Positions 52,685 to 61,032 of a stretch of DNA of 64,000 bases are shown piece by piece. The position numbers were made by a program, and so were the translations under genes. A model generated the notes under the pieces. That model saw nothing but the letters and a program-made list of their open reading frames with translations. It had not been told where the DNA came from and did no database searches. Origin of the DNA: an uncultured Acidobacteriota bacterium. Lineage in GTDB: Bacteria; Acidobacteriota; Vicinamibacteria; Vicinamibacterales; UBA2999. How positions within the stretch are numbered: position 1 is the first letter of the stretch; each line of letters starts with the position of its first letter. The stretch spans positions 3,011 through 67,010 of the forward strand of contig CADEFD010000001.1 in NCBI GenBank assembly GCA_902826515.1. Direction: 5' to 3'.

Positions 52685-52704
52685 CTCGGGGCCCGGGGCT
52701 CGGG
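52685..52704. repeat. GC-tract intergenic motif CTCGGGGCCCGGGGCTCGGG (inverse copy of 13269-13288)
   Basis: Exact 20-nt reverse-complement match. It sits in the 81-nt divergent spacer between the M61 gene and cox subunit I, inside a run of G tracts (52681-52711). Confidence 0.75.
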
Positions 52705-52744
52705 ACCCGGGTGACGTCCCCAGGACCCGCGACCGAGACCCGCC

Positions 52745-54391
52745 GTGACGCGACTGACCGACCACAAGACCCTGGGCATCGCCTACGCGACCACCGCGGG
52801 CGTGTTCATGGTGGTCGGGTTCCTGCTGATGCTGCTCTTCCGCTGGCAGCTCGCCTGGCCGGGACAGCCGATTGCGGTCGCCACCGCCATCTTCGGCGAA
52901 ACCAATGCGCCCGGCGGCATCCTGCTGCCGGAGTTCTACTACCAGCTCGTGGCCATGCACGGCTCGGTCATGATCTTCCTGGCCGTCGTGCCGATGGCGG
53001 TCGGCGCGCTCGGCTCGTATTTCGTGCCGCTGCAGATCGGCGCATCCGGCCTGGCCTTTCCGCGCCTCGGGGCGGCCGGCTACCTGCTGTATCTCGCGGC
53101 CGGCGTGCTGATGGCGGCCAGTTTCGTGCTGCCGGGCGGTGCCGCCAACTCGGGCTGGACATCGTACCCGCCGCTCGCCATCATCGCCTCGTCGGGCCAG
53201 ACGGTGTGGCTCGTGGGCATCCTGATGCTCGGCGTCTCGTCGATGCTCGGCGCCATCAGCGTGCTGGCGACCATCGTGGCCTACCGGGCGCCGGGCCTGA
53301 CGCTGATGCGCCTGCCGTTCTTCGTCTGGTCGCAGGCGATGACGGCGCTGCTCCTGCTGCTGGCATTCCCGGCCCTTCAGGGCGCGGCGGTCTTCCAGCT
53401 CATGGACCGCGTGGCCGGCACGAGCTTCTTCCTGCCGTCGGGCCTGGCCGTCAGCAACACGCCGCTCGCCGTCTCGGGCGGCGGCAATCCGCTGCTCTGG
53501 CAGCACCTCTTCTGGTTCCTCGCGCACCCCGAGGTCTACGTGCTCATCCTGCCGGCGATGGGCGTGGTGGCGGAAGTCATCACCGCGCACGCGCGGCGCG
53601 CGCTCTGGCGTTACGGGCTGATGGTGGGCGCCGTCGTGGCCCTCGGCGCCTGGTCGATGGTGGTCTGGGCGCACCACATGCTGCTCACCGGCATGAGCAC
53701 CACGCTCAGCAGCTTCTTCCAGATCACGACGATGGCCGTCTCGGTGCCGTCGGTCATCCTCATCACCTCGCTCGTCGTCACGCTCTGGGGCGGCGCCATC
53801 CGCTACACGACGGCGATGTGCTTCGCGCTCGCCTTCCTGCCGATGTTCGGCCTGGGCGGCGTGACCGGACTGCCGCTCGGGCTCGGGCCGAGCAACCTCA
53901 TCCTGCACGACACCTACTACGTCATCGGCCACTTCCACTACCTGGTGGCGCCGGGCACGATGTTCGCGCTCTTCGCGGCGACGTATCACTGGTTCCCGAA
54001 GGTGACGGGCCGGCGGCTCGACGAACGGCTCGGCCTCGTGCACTTCATCGGCTCGTTCGTGACGATGAACGCCGTGTTCCTGCCGATGTTCCTCATGGGC
54101 ATCATGGGCGTGAACCGGCGGATGTACGACGCCGGCCTGCAGTACCAGCTGGCCGAGCCGACGCTCGCCTGGAATCCGCACATGACATGGAACGCCGTGG
54201 CCCTCGGCGTCTTCCAGCTCGTGTTCCTCGTCAACATCGTGTGGAGCGCGAAGCGCGGGACCCCGGCGGAGAACCCGTGGCAGGCGACCACGCTCGAGTG
54301 GGCCACGACCTCGCCGCCGCCGGCCGGCAACTTCGCCGAGCCCCCGATCGTGACCGGCGCCCCGTACCGCTACGAGGAGGAAGGGGCATGA
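52745..54391 (+). CDS. ctaD: Heme-copper (aa3-type) cytochrome c oxidase subunit I
   Basis: LTDHKTLGIAYA, LFWFLAHPEVYVLILPAMG, WAHHMLLTGM, HDTYYVIGHFHY. GTG start. Confidence 0.95.
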   Translation: MTRLTDHKTLGIAYATTAGVFMVVGFLLMLLFRWQLAWPGQPIAVATAIFGETNAPGGILLPEFYYQLVAMHGSVMIFLAVVPMAVGALGSYFVPLQIGASGLAFPRLGAAGYLLYLAAGVLMAASFVLPGGAANSGWTSYPPLAIIASSGQTVWLVGILMLGVSSMLGAISVLATIVAYRAPGLTLMRLPFFVWSQAMTALLLLLAFPALQGAAVFQLMDRVAGTSFFLPSGLAVSNTPLAVSGGGNPLLWQHLFWFLAHPEVYVLILPAMGVVAEVITAHARRALWRYGLMVGAVVALGAWSMVVWAHHMLLTGMSTTLSSFFQITTMAVSVPSVILITSLVVTLWGGAIRYTTAMCFALAFLPMFGLGGVTGLPLGLGPSNLILHDTYYVIGHFHYLVAPGTMFALFAATYHWFPKVTGRRLDERLGLVHFIGSFVTMNAVFLPMFLMGIMGVNRRMYDAGLQYQLAEPTLAWNPHMTWNAVALGVFQLVFLVNIVWSAKRGTPAENPWQATTLEWATTSPPPAGNFAEPPIVTGAPYRYEEEGA

Positions 54392-54963
54392 GTACGATCG
54401 CCCTGTCCGACCGTCAGGGCCGCGCCGCGAGCGCCGGCATGTGGCTGTTCATCGCGTCGATCGTGATGTTCTACGGCGCGCTCTTCTCGGGCTACGTGCT
54501 GCTGCGCGCCGGCAGCCCCGTGTGGGAGACGCCCTGGCGCACGGGTCCGGCGGCCGAGTGGCCGATCGCCGTGGACCACTGGTTCCGCACGATGTGGCTC
54601 GGCTTCGCCGTGATGCAGTCACGGCGGCTTGCCGGCGAAGGGGTGGCGATTGCCGGCCTGCCGCGCTTTTCGTGGCTCGTGGGCCTGGCGGGCACGGCCT
54701 TCGTCTGGCGCTGCGTCTACATTGCCGGCTGGCTCGCCTCGCAGGGGCTCGTGCCGGCGATGAGCGTGCCGCTCGCCTGCTGGTACGTGCTCACGGGTAC
54801 GGTGGCGCTGCTCGTGGCCGGCGGCACGATTGCCGCGGTGTGGGTGGCGCTCGAGCGGGTGCCGGCGGCACAACGCGCCAGACGCGGCGCCATGCTGCAA
54901 CGCTACTGGCTCCTGATGCTCGTGTTGTGGCTCACGACCGTGGGAGGGTTGTACCTGGTATGA
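54388..54963 (+). CDS. Cytochrome c oxidase subunit III-like membrane protein
   Basis: C-terminal part of ORF 52711..54963 from an ATG overlapping the subunit I stop (ATGA). It reads MSTIALSDRQGRAASAGMWLFIASIVMFYGALFSGYVLLR, followed by about 4 more TM spans. Confidence 0.7.
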   Translation: MSTIALSDRQGRAASAGMWLFIASIVMFYGALFSGYVLLRAGSPVWETPWRTGPAAEWPIAVDHWFRTMWLGFAVMQSRRLAGEGVAIAGLPRFSWLVGLAGTAFVWRCVYIAGWLASQGLVPAMSVPLACWYVLTGTVALLVAGGTIAAVWVALERVPAAQRARRGAMLQRYWLLMLVLWLTTVGGLYLV

Positions 54964-55166
54964 GCCCGATCCTCGCCTGTGTCGTGTGCGCGCGGCCGTT
55001 CGACTCGCTCCTCACGAGCGGCCTGCATGCCGGGGTGGCCGTGATGGCGGTCGTGGCGGTCGTGGTCATCGGCGCGCTCGTGCGCGGCGCGCTGGCCATC
55101 GTGCGGCAGGATGCCGCGTTCGCGCGGGAAGCGGATGCCGGCGCCCGCCCGGAGGTGGCGCCGTGA
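54960..55166 (+). CDS. 68-aa membrane protein with an N-terminal CxxC (oxidase-operon small subunit?)
   Basis: MSPILACVVCARPFDSLLTSGLHAGVAVMAVVAVVVIGALVRGALAIV... It has ATGA overlap with the upstream gene and GTGA overlap with the downstream gene. Confidence 0.55.
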   Translation: MSPILACVVCARPFDSLLTSGLHAGVAVMAVVAVVVIGALVRGALAIVRQDAAFAREADAGARPEVAP

Positions 55167-55909
55167 TCGGCGAGTGGATCAACCGCTGGCTGCCCACGCC
55201 GGCCTCGGCGCACGCGGCGAAGTTCGACAGCGTGCTCGCCGCCACGCACACCGAAGGGGCGCTCATCTTCCTGAGCTGGCTCGTGCTCTTCGCGATCATG
55301 CTCGTGAAATTCCGCGCCCGTCCGGGCGTGGCCCCGGGCAAGCCTGCCGGCCAGCGCTGGCCGCTCGTGGCCGTGGCCGCGGTGGTGCTCGGCGACGTCT
55401 GGCTGCTCGCCGGGTCGGCGCTGCCCGCCTGGTTCGAACGCGCGCGGCCGGTGCCGGCCGGCGCCGCCGAAGTGCGCGTCATCGGCGAGCAGTTCGCCTG
55501 GAACTTCCACTATCCCGGCCCGGACCTGCACTTCGGACGCACGACGCCGTCGCTCATCACCGCCGCGGATCCCATCGGCATCGATCGCAGCGATCCGGCG
55601 GCGGCCGACGACTACGTGCTCATCGGCATTCTCGTCGTGCCGGTGAACCGGCCCACCGTGGTGCACCTCTCGAGCAAGGACGTCATCCACAGCTTCACCC
55701 TCGCGACGATGCGGGTGAAACAGGACGTGACCCCCGGCCTGCCGGTGAGCACGTGGTTCACGCCCATCACCACCGGCTCGTGGGAAGTGGGCTGCTCGCA
55801 GCTCTGCGGCCTGGGTCACTACCGGATGCGCGCGCTCTTCGACGTGCGGACCGAAGAGGAATTCCAGGCGTTCGTGGCCGACGAGGTCTCGCGCCTCACT
55901 GCACCCTGA
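55163..55909 (+). CDS. ctaC: Cytochrome c oxidase subunit II (CuA)
   Basis: It has two N-terminal TM spans. The cupredoxin domain carries DVIHSF and the CuA motif CSQLCGLGHYRM. No fused cytochrome c domain is present. Confidence 0.88.
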   Translation: MIGEWINRWLPTPASAHAAKFDSVLAATHTEGALIFLSWLVLFAIMLVKFRARPGVAPGKPAGQRWPLVAVAAVVLGDVWLLAGSALPAWFERARPVPAGAAEVRVIGEQFAWNFHYPGPDLHFGRTTPSLITAADPIGIDRSDPAAADDYVLIGILVVPVNRPTVVHLSSKDVIHSFTLATMRVKQDVTPGLPVSTWFTPITTGSWEVGCSQLCGLGHYRMRALFDVRTEEEFQAFVADEVSRLTAP

Positions 55910-56468
55910 CGACGGCGATCGGCGGCTCAGGCACGGTCTTGAGCGCCCGGGCCATGGCCCGGGTGCGCGCGGCCGTCGCCCTTAGTTCGCGCCACACACG
56001 CATGCCCGCGGTGATGGCGCCCGCCGTCTCGTACGTATCTACCGCGCCCTGCACCGGCCGCCCGATCCGCTCGAAGAGCTGCCGCACCTGATTCTGGGTG
56101 ACGGCGGCCGCGTCGGCGATCTCGCGCGCGTGCTGGAGCTCGTGCGCGATGACGGCCGTGCGTTCATCGAGCGGCAGATCCGGATCCACCGTGATGCGCA
56201 CGTAGCGCCAGTGCCCCGCGGTACCGACGAGCCGTGTCGCGCCGGCCGTGCCGAAGATCCGCACCACCCCGGTTTCGACGTGCACCACCACGTGTTCCGG
56301 ATCGAACGACTCGACGAGCGCGCGGAACGACGTCGAGGACACGCGGCCGTGGTTGCAGGCTTCGACGGCGCCGGCGTCCATCGCCCGCACGGCCGGGGGC
56401 GCCTCCTGCCCCCGCAGTTCCGCGATTCCGAGAGACACGACCAGCACGAGCGCACACGTCGCCTTCAT
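55896..56468 (-). CDS. Small secreted HExxH protein, paralog of 9698-10246
   Basis: ORF 55896..56501 trimmed to MKATCALVLVVSLGIAELRGQ. It contains VIAHELQHAREIADAAAVTQNQVRQLFERIG. Its 3' end overlaps the cox subunit II 3' end by 14 nt (convergent). Confidence 0.7.
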   Translation of the reverse strand: MKATCALVLVVSLGIAELRGQEAPPAVRAMDAGAVEACNHGRVSSTSFRALVESFDPEHVVVHVETGVVRIFGTAGATRLVGTAGHWRYVRITVDPDLPLDERTAVIAHELQHAREIADAAAVTQNQVRQLFERIGRPVQGAVDTYETAGAITAGMRVWRELRATAARTRAMARALKTVPEPPIAVVRVQ

Positions 56469-56771
56469 TGACGGCTCCTGAAGAGACACCGATCGCGACA
56501 CGACGCGCCTGCTGGCGCTCCGCCGGTCACGAACTTACGAATGGAAAGGGAGAGGGAGCGGAGCTACTGCTGCTGTCGGGTCTGCTGCTGACAGGCGGGG
56601 CACTGCGGGGTGGTACGCTGGCGGAGGCGGGAGGCGGGAAGGCTGGCGGGCACGGGCGCAAGTGGTGCGGCGAATGGACGCGAGTGCATGATGGCGCCCA
56701 GTCTACGCAGCGGAGTGCCCCTGATTCAACGTATGCGCGGATCGGATGAGGGACTTGGTACACTGCGCCGC

Positions 56772-57827
56772 ATGCCGACGCGTCGCTCCTTCGTCACATC
56801 CGCTGCCGCGGGCCTGGCCGGCCTGGGCGCCCTGCAGACCGCGCGCGCCGCCGCGCAGACGCCGGCGACACCGGCGCTCGTGCGGCCGCCGCGCCTCAGG
56901 CCCGGCGATACCGTGGGCCTCGTGAATCCCGCCGGCGCCACCTGGAGCACCATCGACATCGACATCGTGCGCGAGAGCTTCGAGGCGATGGGGCTGAAGG
57001 TGAAGGTCGGCGCGCACGTGCTCGATCGCCACGGCTACTTCGCCGGGCGCGATGAAGACCGCGCGGCCGACGTGAACGCGATGTTCGTGGACGCGGCGGT
57101 GAAGGGCATCATCTGCATCCGCGGCGGCTGGGGTTGCGCGCGCATCCTGCCGCGCCTCGACTTCGACGCCATCCGCCGCAACCCCAAGGTGCTGCTCGGC
57201 TACAGCGACATCACCGCCCTGCACCACGCCGTGCACAGCCGCACCGGCCTCGTGACCTTCCACGGCCCGGTGGGCATCTCGGAGTGGAACAGCTTCAACG
57301 TGGGCTGGCTGAAACGTGTGCTCTTCGGCGCCGAGGCCGTGACCTTCGAGAACGACCGCACGTTCGACGTCGATGACACGCTCGTGCAGCGCGAACATCG
57401 CACCGCCACGATCACGCCGGGCGTGGCGCGGGGACGGCTCCTCGGCGGCAACCTCACGGTGCTCACGACGATCATCGGCTCGCGCTACCTGCCAGACTTC
57501 CGCGATGCCGTGTTGTTCCTCGAAGACGTGGGCGAAGCGCCGTACCGCGTGGACCGCATGTTCCAGCAGCTCACGCTCGCCGGCGTGCTGGATCAGGTGA
57601 AGGCCGTCGTGTGGGGCACGTGCAGCGACTGCGACCCGGGTGAGGGCTTCGGTTCCTTCACGCTCGAGGACGTGCTGATGCAGCACGTGAAGCCGCTCGG
57701 CGTGCCGGCGTGGCACGGCGCGATGATCGGCCACGTCACGAAGCAGTTCACGCTGCCGTTCGGCGTCGAGGTCGAAGTGGACGCCACGAAGGGCACCGTG
57801 CGGATGCTGGCGCCGGCCGTCGCCTAA
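56772..57827 (+). CDS. S66-family LD-carboxypeptidase with a Tat-type signal
   Basis: MPTRRSFVTSAAAGLAGLGAL (twin-Arg). Motifs seen: GDTVGLVNPAG, IICIRGGWG, LLGYSDITALH (Ser nucleophile), and HG...G. An alternative in-frame ATG is at 56733. Confidence 0.85.
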   Translation: MPTRRSFVTSAAAGLAGLGALQTARAAAQTPATPALVRPPRLRPGDTVGLVNPAGATWSTIDIDIVRESFEAMGLKVKVGAHVLDRHGYFAGRDEDRAADVNAMFVDAAVKGIICIRGGWGCARILPRLDFDAIRRNPKVLLGYSDITALHHAVHSRTGLVTFHGPVGISEWNSFNVGWLKRVLFGAEAVTFENDRTFDVDDTLVQREHRTATITPGVARGRLLGGNLTVLTTIIGSRYLPDFRDAVLFLEDVGEAPYRVDRMFQQLTLAGVLDQVKAVVWGTCSDCDPGEGFGSFTLEDVLMQHVKPLGVPAWHGAMIGHVTKQFTLPFGVEVEVDATKGTVRMLAPAVA

Positions 57828-58465
57828 CGCGGCGGCGCGAGGGTGGCGAGCAGCGTCTGCATCCAGGCGATCTCGTCGTCGTTCACGAGGTGGCCCATGC
57901 CGGGGTACACGCGCCGCGTGACCTCGGCGCCGAGGCGCGCACAGAGGACCGCGCTCTCGCCGACGCGCGCGTCGGGCACGTGGCTGTCGACGTCGCTGCA
58001 GCCGAAGAACATCGGCGTGCCGGCCAGATCGCCGGTGTCGGGCCACGATGTGCCCGGCGGCCCGATGACGCCACCGCTGTAGACGGCGATGCCGCCGTAG
58101 CGGGCGGGATGCCGCACGGCAAATTCGGCCGCGAGGCAGGCGCCCTGCGAGAAGCCGGCAATCACGACCTGATGGCGCGGCACACCGGCGGCGTCGGCCT
58201 CGTCCACCAGGCGCGCCATCACGCCGAGCGCCGATGACAGGCCCGGCTCGTTGCTTTCGCGAGCGGTGAGGAAGCTGTGCGGATACCACGTGCGGCCGGC
58301 GGCGGCTGGCGCGAGGTATGTGAGGTCCGGGCGGAGGAACCGGGCGGCGAGGTCGAGGATGTTGGCCGGGCCGGCGTTGCGGCCATGCATCAGGATCACG
58401 GCCACCGGCGCGGCGCCGAGCGGCGTGCCGTGAGCGGCGACCGGCTCGCGATCGTGCGGCGCCAT
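57824..58465 (-). CDS. Alpha/beta hydrolase (phospholipase/carboxylesterase family, MhqD-like)
   Basis: ORF 57824..59029 trimmed to MAPHDREPV (its ATG overlaps the upstream stop, TGATG). Motifs seen: ILMHGRNAG, the nucleophile elbow GFSQGA, and GMGHLV. Confidence 0.8.
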   Translation of the reverse strand: MAPHDREPVAAHGTPLGAAPVAVILMHGRNAGPANILDLAARFLRPDLTYLAPAAAGRTWYPHSFLTARESNEPGLSSALGVMARLVDEADAAGVPRHQVVIAGFSQGACLAAEFAVRHPARYGGIAVYSGGVIGPPGTSWPDTGDLAGTPMFFGCSDVDSHVPDARVGESAVLCARLGAEVTRRVYPGMGHLVNDDEIAWMQTLLATLAPPR

Positions 58466-59409
58466 CAGCGGTAGACGATCGGCTCGAGCCCGGCTTCGAT
58501 GGCCGGCCGCAGGTGTTCCTCCCACGACGGCAGCTTGAGTGCCTGGCCGAGCGTGGCGAGGTCTTCGTCCACCGTGAAGCCCGGCTGGATCGTGGCCACT
58601 TCGAACAACACGCCGCCGGGCACGCGGAAGTAGATCGACTGGAAGTACGACCGGTCGCGCACCTCGGTGACCGACACGCCGCGGGCCAGCAGATCCTCGC
58701 GCAGCGCCAGCTGCTCCCCGGGCGTGGCGATGGCCATCGCCACATGGTGCACGGTGCCGAGGCCGTTCACGGCCGGCGCGGCCGCCGGTTCCTCGAGGAT
58801 GTCGATGATGTGCCCGGGCGCGGCGCCGCCCGCGGTGAGGCGCATGCGGTTCCCGGCCTCCGCCGTCACGGCGTAGCCGAGCAGGTCCGTCATCAGCTCG
58901 CGCGTGGGGCCGAGGGCGCGCACGGTCATGGTGACGGAATGCAGGCCGCGGATCGCGTGGGCGGCATCGATGTCCTTGCCCGTCCACGGCGCGCGCGGAT
59001 CGTCGGCGCCGGCGATGAGCTCGAACCACAGCCCGGACGGATCGTCGAACCGCAGCACGTCGTCGCCGAACCGCGACGCGTCCCGTTGCGTGGCCACGCC
59101 GGTGGCAGCGAGCCGGGCCTGCCAGAAATCGAGCGACCCGGCCGGCACCGAAAAGGCCGTGGCCACGACCTGGCCGGCGCCCTTCTGCCCCACCCGCACA
59201 CCGCGCCCCTTGTAGGGGAACGTCGTCCAGATGGTGCCGGGGGCGCCGTGCTCGGTGCCGTAGTAGAAGTGGTAGACGCCGTGGTTGTCGAAGTTGACGG
59301 TCTTCTTCACCAGGCGCAGCCCGAGCGTCTCCAGGCAGAAGTCCAGATCCGCCTGCGCGTCACCCGCCGTGGCGGTGACGTGGTGCAGCCCGAGGATGTG
59401 ATGGGGCAC
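58465..59409 (-). CDS. VOC-superfamily ring-cleaving dioxygenase (two glyoxalase-like modules, MhqO/MhqE-like)
   Basis: ILGLHHVTATAGDAQADLDFCLETLGLRLVKKTVNFDN...YHFYYG and a second module IRGLHSVTMTV...VHHVAMA...YFQSIYFRVPGGVLFEVAT. Confidence 0.85.
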   Translation of the reverse strand: MPHHILGLHHVTATAGDAQADLDFCLETLGLRLVKKTVNFDNHGVYHFYYGTEHGAPGTIWTTFPYKGRGVRVGQKGAGQVVATAFSVPAGSLDFWQARLAATGVATQRDASRFGDDVLRFDDPSGLWFELIAGADDPRAPWTGKDIDAAHAIRGLHSVTMTVRALGPTRELMTDLLGYAVTAEAGNRMRLTAGGAAPGHIIDILEEPAAAPAVNGLGTVHHVAMAIATPGEQLALREDLLARGVSVTEVRDRSYFQSIYFRVPGGVLFEVATIQPGFTVDEDLATLGQALKLPSWEEHLRPAIEAGLEPIVYR

Positions 59410-59426
59410 GGCCCGCGCGCCGTCCT

Positions 59427-59843
59427 TTACTTCTTGGCGTCGAGCGTGATCGCCTTGATCGACGCTTCCGAGCCGTCAAGTTCGGTCTGCCCGGCCGGGT
59501 AGCCGTTGATGCTCAGGAAGTAGGCGATGATCTCGGCGTATTCGGCCGGCTTCATGCTGCCCGGCGCGTCCATCGGCATCGAGACGACAGCGGTGTGCAG
59601 GTCGATGAGCGGCTTGTCCGTCCAGGCGTTGGCGAACTCGGTGCCCTTGAACTTGCCGAGCTCATGGCACGACGCGCACGACGTGTCGTACAGCGTCAGT
59701 CCACGTTCGGCCTGCGCCTTGGTGTAGATGCCTTCGCTGGCATTCTTCGCCTGCGCCGCGCGGAGGTCGACGGTGGCGCTGGCGACGGTGAGAGCAAGGG
59801 CGGTCAGGGTGCTGGCGGCAACGAACAGTCGGGTGGTGGTCAT
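59427..59843 (-). CDS. Monoheme c-type cytochrome, secreted
   Basis: Signal peptide MTTTRLFVAASTLTALALTVASA, heme motif CASCH, and distal SMPMD. Confidence 0.85.
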   Translation of the reverse strand: MTTTRLFVAASTLTALALTVASATVDLRAAQAKNASEGIYTKAQAERGLTLYDTSCASCHELGKFKGTEFANAWTDKPLIDLHTAVVSMPMDAPGSMKPAEYAEIIAYFLSINGYPAGQTELDGSEASIKAITLDAKK

Positions 59844-59919
59844 GAGTGCAACTCTGTCTCCGGGCGGCCGTGGTGGCCTGTTGTCAGTGTAGCAGGGCGC
59901 CGGGGCGACCGCGGACCCG

Positions 59920-60327
59920 TCAGGGCCGCCACGACTTCACGAGCCGCGACGAGGTGATGAGCCGGTCCTTCGAGACCAGTGGCGCGCCGAGCACACGACA
60001 GCTGGCCACGATGAGCCGGTCGGCGGGATCGCGGTGGAAGGTCGCGGGCAGCCGGGCCACCTCGGCCGCAATTCCGGCGGTGATCGGCTGCAGCCGCACC
60101 GTCCTCGGATGGGCCGCGGCCTCGAGCCACGCGTCGAAGGGAATGGCCAGCGCCAGCCGCCGGCGCTCGACGAGCATGGCCACTTCCCACAGGCTGATGT
60201 CGCAGAGAATCGGGCGACTGGTGGCGGGAAGGGCGTCCAGGGCGTCGGCCGTGGCGCGCGGCAGCCTCGGGTCGCCATCGAGCCACCAAATCCACGCATG
60301 GGTGTCGAGCACCGGCGCGGCTGTCAC
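59920..60327 (-). CDS. vapC: PIN-domain toxin (VapC-like)
   Basis: VLDTHAWIWWL (first acidic residue), SLWEVAML, HRDPADRLIVASC (PIN acidic residues). The GTG start overlaps the antitoxin stop (GTGA). Confidence 0.85.
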   Translation of the reverse strand: MTAAPVLDTHAWIWWLDGDPRLPRATADALDALPATSRPILCDISLWEVAMLVERRRLALAIPFDAWLEAAAHPRTVRLQPITAGIAAEVARLPATFHRDPADRLIVASCRVLGAPLVSKDRLITSSRLVKSWRP

Positions 60328-60554
60328 TTCAGGGCCTCGATCTCGTTCTCGTCCACGACCGGCTGCAGGGGGTCCCCCCTCCAGCGGACGGTGCCACGCA
60401 AGCGTGACCAGGGCCGGTCGTCGTCATCGCCCGCGGGCACGAGGCGAGCCACCACGCGCCCGCGCTTCGTGATGGTGATGGGTTCGGCCGTTTCGCGCAC
60501 CCGGTCGATCAACTTGAGGCAGTGCGCCTTGAAGTCGGAGGCGGGGTATTTCAT
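60324..60554 (-). CDS. Phd/YefM-type antitoxin
   Basis: MKYPASDFKAHCLKLIDRVRETAEPITITKRGRVVARLVP. It is 76 aa and lies immediately upstream of the PIN gene. Confidence 0.85.
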   Translation of the reverse strand: MKYPASDFKAHCLKLIDRVRETAEPITITKRGRVVARLVPAGDDDDRPWSRLRGTVRWRGDPLQPVVDENEIEALK

Positions 60555-60600
60555 GTGACCAGTCTAGATGACCAGTCATCGTCATGCAATCGGCCGCGGC

Positions 60601-61023
60601 TCAGCGGGGCTCGGGGGTCACTTCCACCTTGCCGCCGGCCGCCTTCCAGCCGTTCCAGCCGCCGTTCAGCACCTTGATGTCCTTCACGCCCACGCGCATG
60701 AGCTTGGCCGCCACGACGAGCGCCGAGTGTTCGTCGGGGCAGGCGCAGTAGGCCACGACGGGCCGCTTTTCCTTGAGCACGCGGTTGGCCATGATCTCGA
60801 CGTCCACGACCGAGACGTTGAGCGCGCCGGGCACGTGGCCGGCGTCGAAGCCGTGCGGATCGCGCACGTCGATCGTGAGCACGGCGTTCTTCGCGTGCAG
60901 CGGCTTGAACTGCGCGAGCGTGATGCGCGGCACCTTGGTGAGGTCGTCGGGCTGGGCCGCGACCGGCACCACGGCCAACGCCAGCGCCGCGAGGGCGGCC
61001 ACAAATGAACGGCGGGCGGTCAT
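60601..61023 (-). CDS. Secreted single-domain rhodanese-like protein (Tat-type signal)
   Basis: Start set at MTARRSFVAALAALALAVVPVAAQ (AAGGAG 5 nt upstream). Motifs seen: LTIDVRDPHGFDAGHVPGALN, and VAYCACPDEHSA, the putative active-site Cys loop. Confidence 0.8.
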   Translation of the reverse strand: MTARRSFVAALAALALAVVPVAAQPDDLTKVPRITLAQFKPLHAKNAVLTIDVRDPHGFDAGHVPGALNVSVVDVEIMANRVLKEKRPVVAYCACPDEHSALVVAAKLMRVGVKDIKVLNGGWNGWKAAGGKVEVTPEPR

Positions 61024-61032
61024 GATCACTCC

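Noticed and set aside
54441-55166. 241-aa ORF spanning the oxidase subunit III-like region in another frame, and ORF 52711..54963 (750 aa) spanning subunit I
   Set aside because: Only their C-terminal tails (from the ATGs at 54960 and 54388) are hydrophobic and membrane-protein-like, and these starts are coupled to the upstream stops. The remainder is an off-frame read of subunit I or III.
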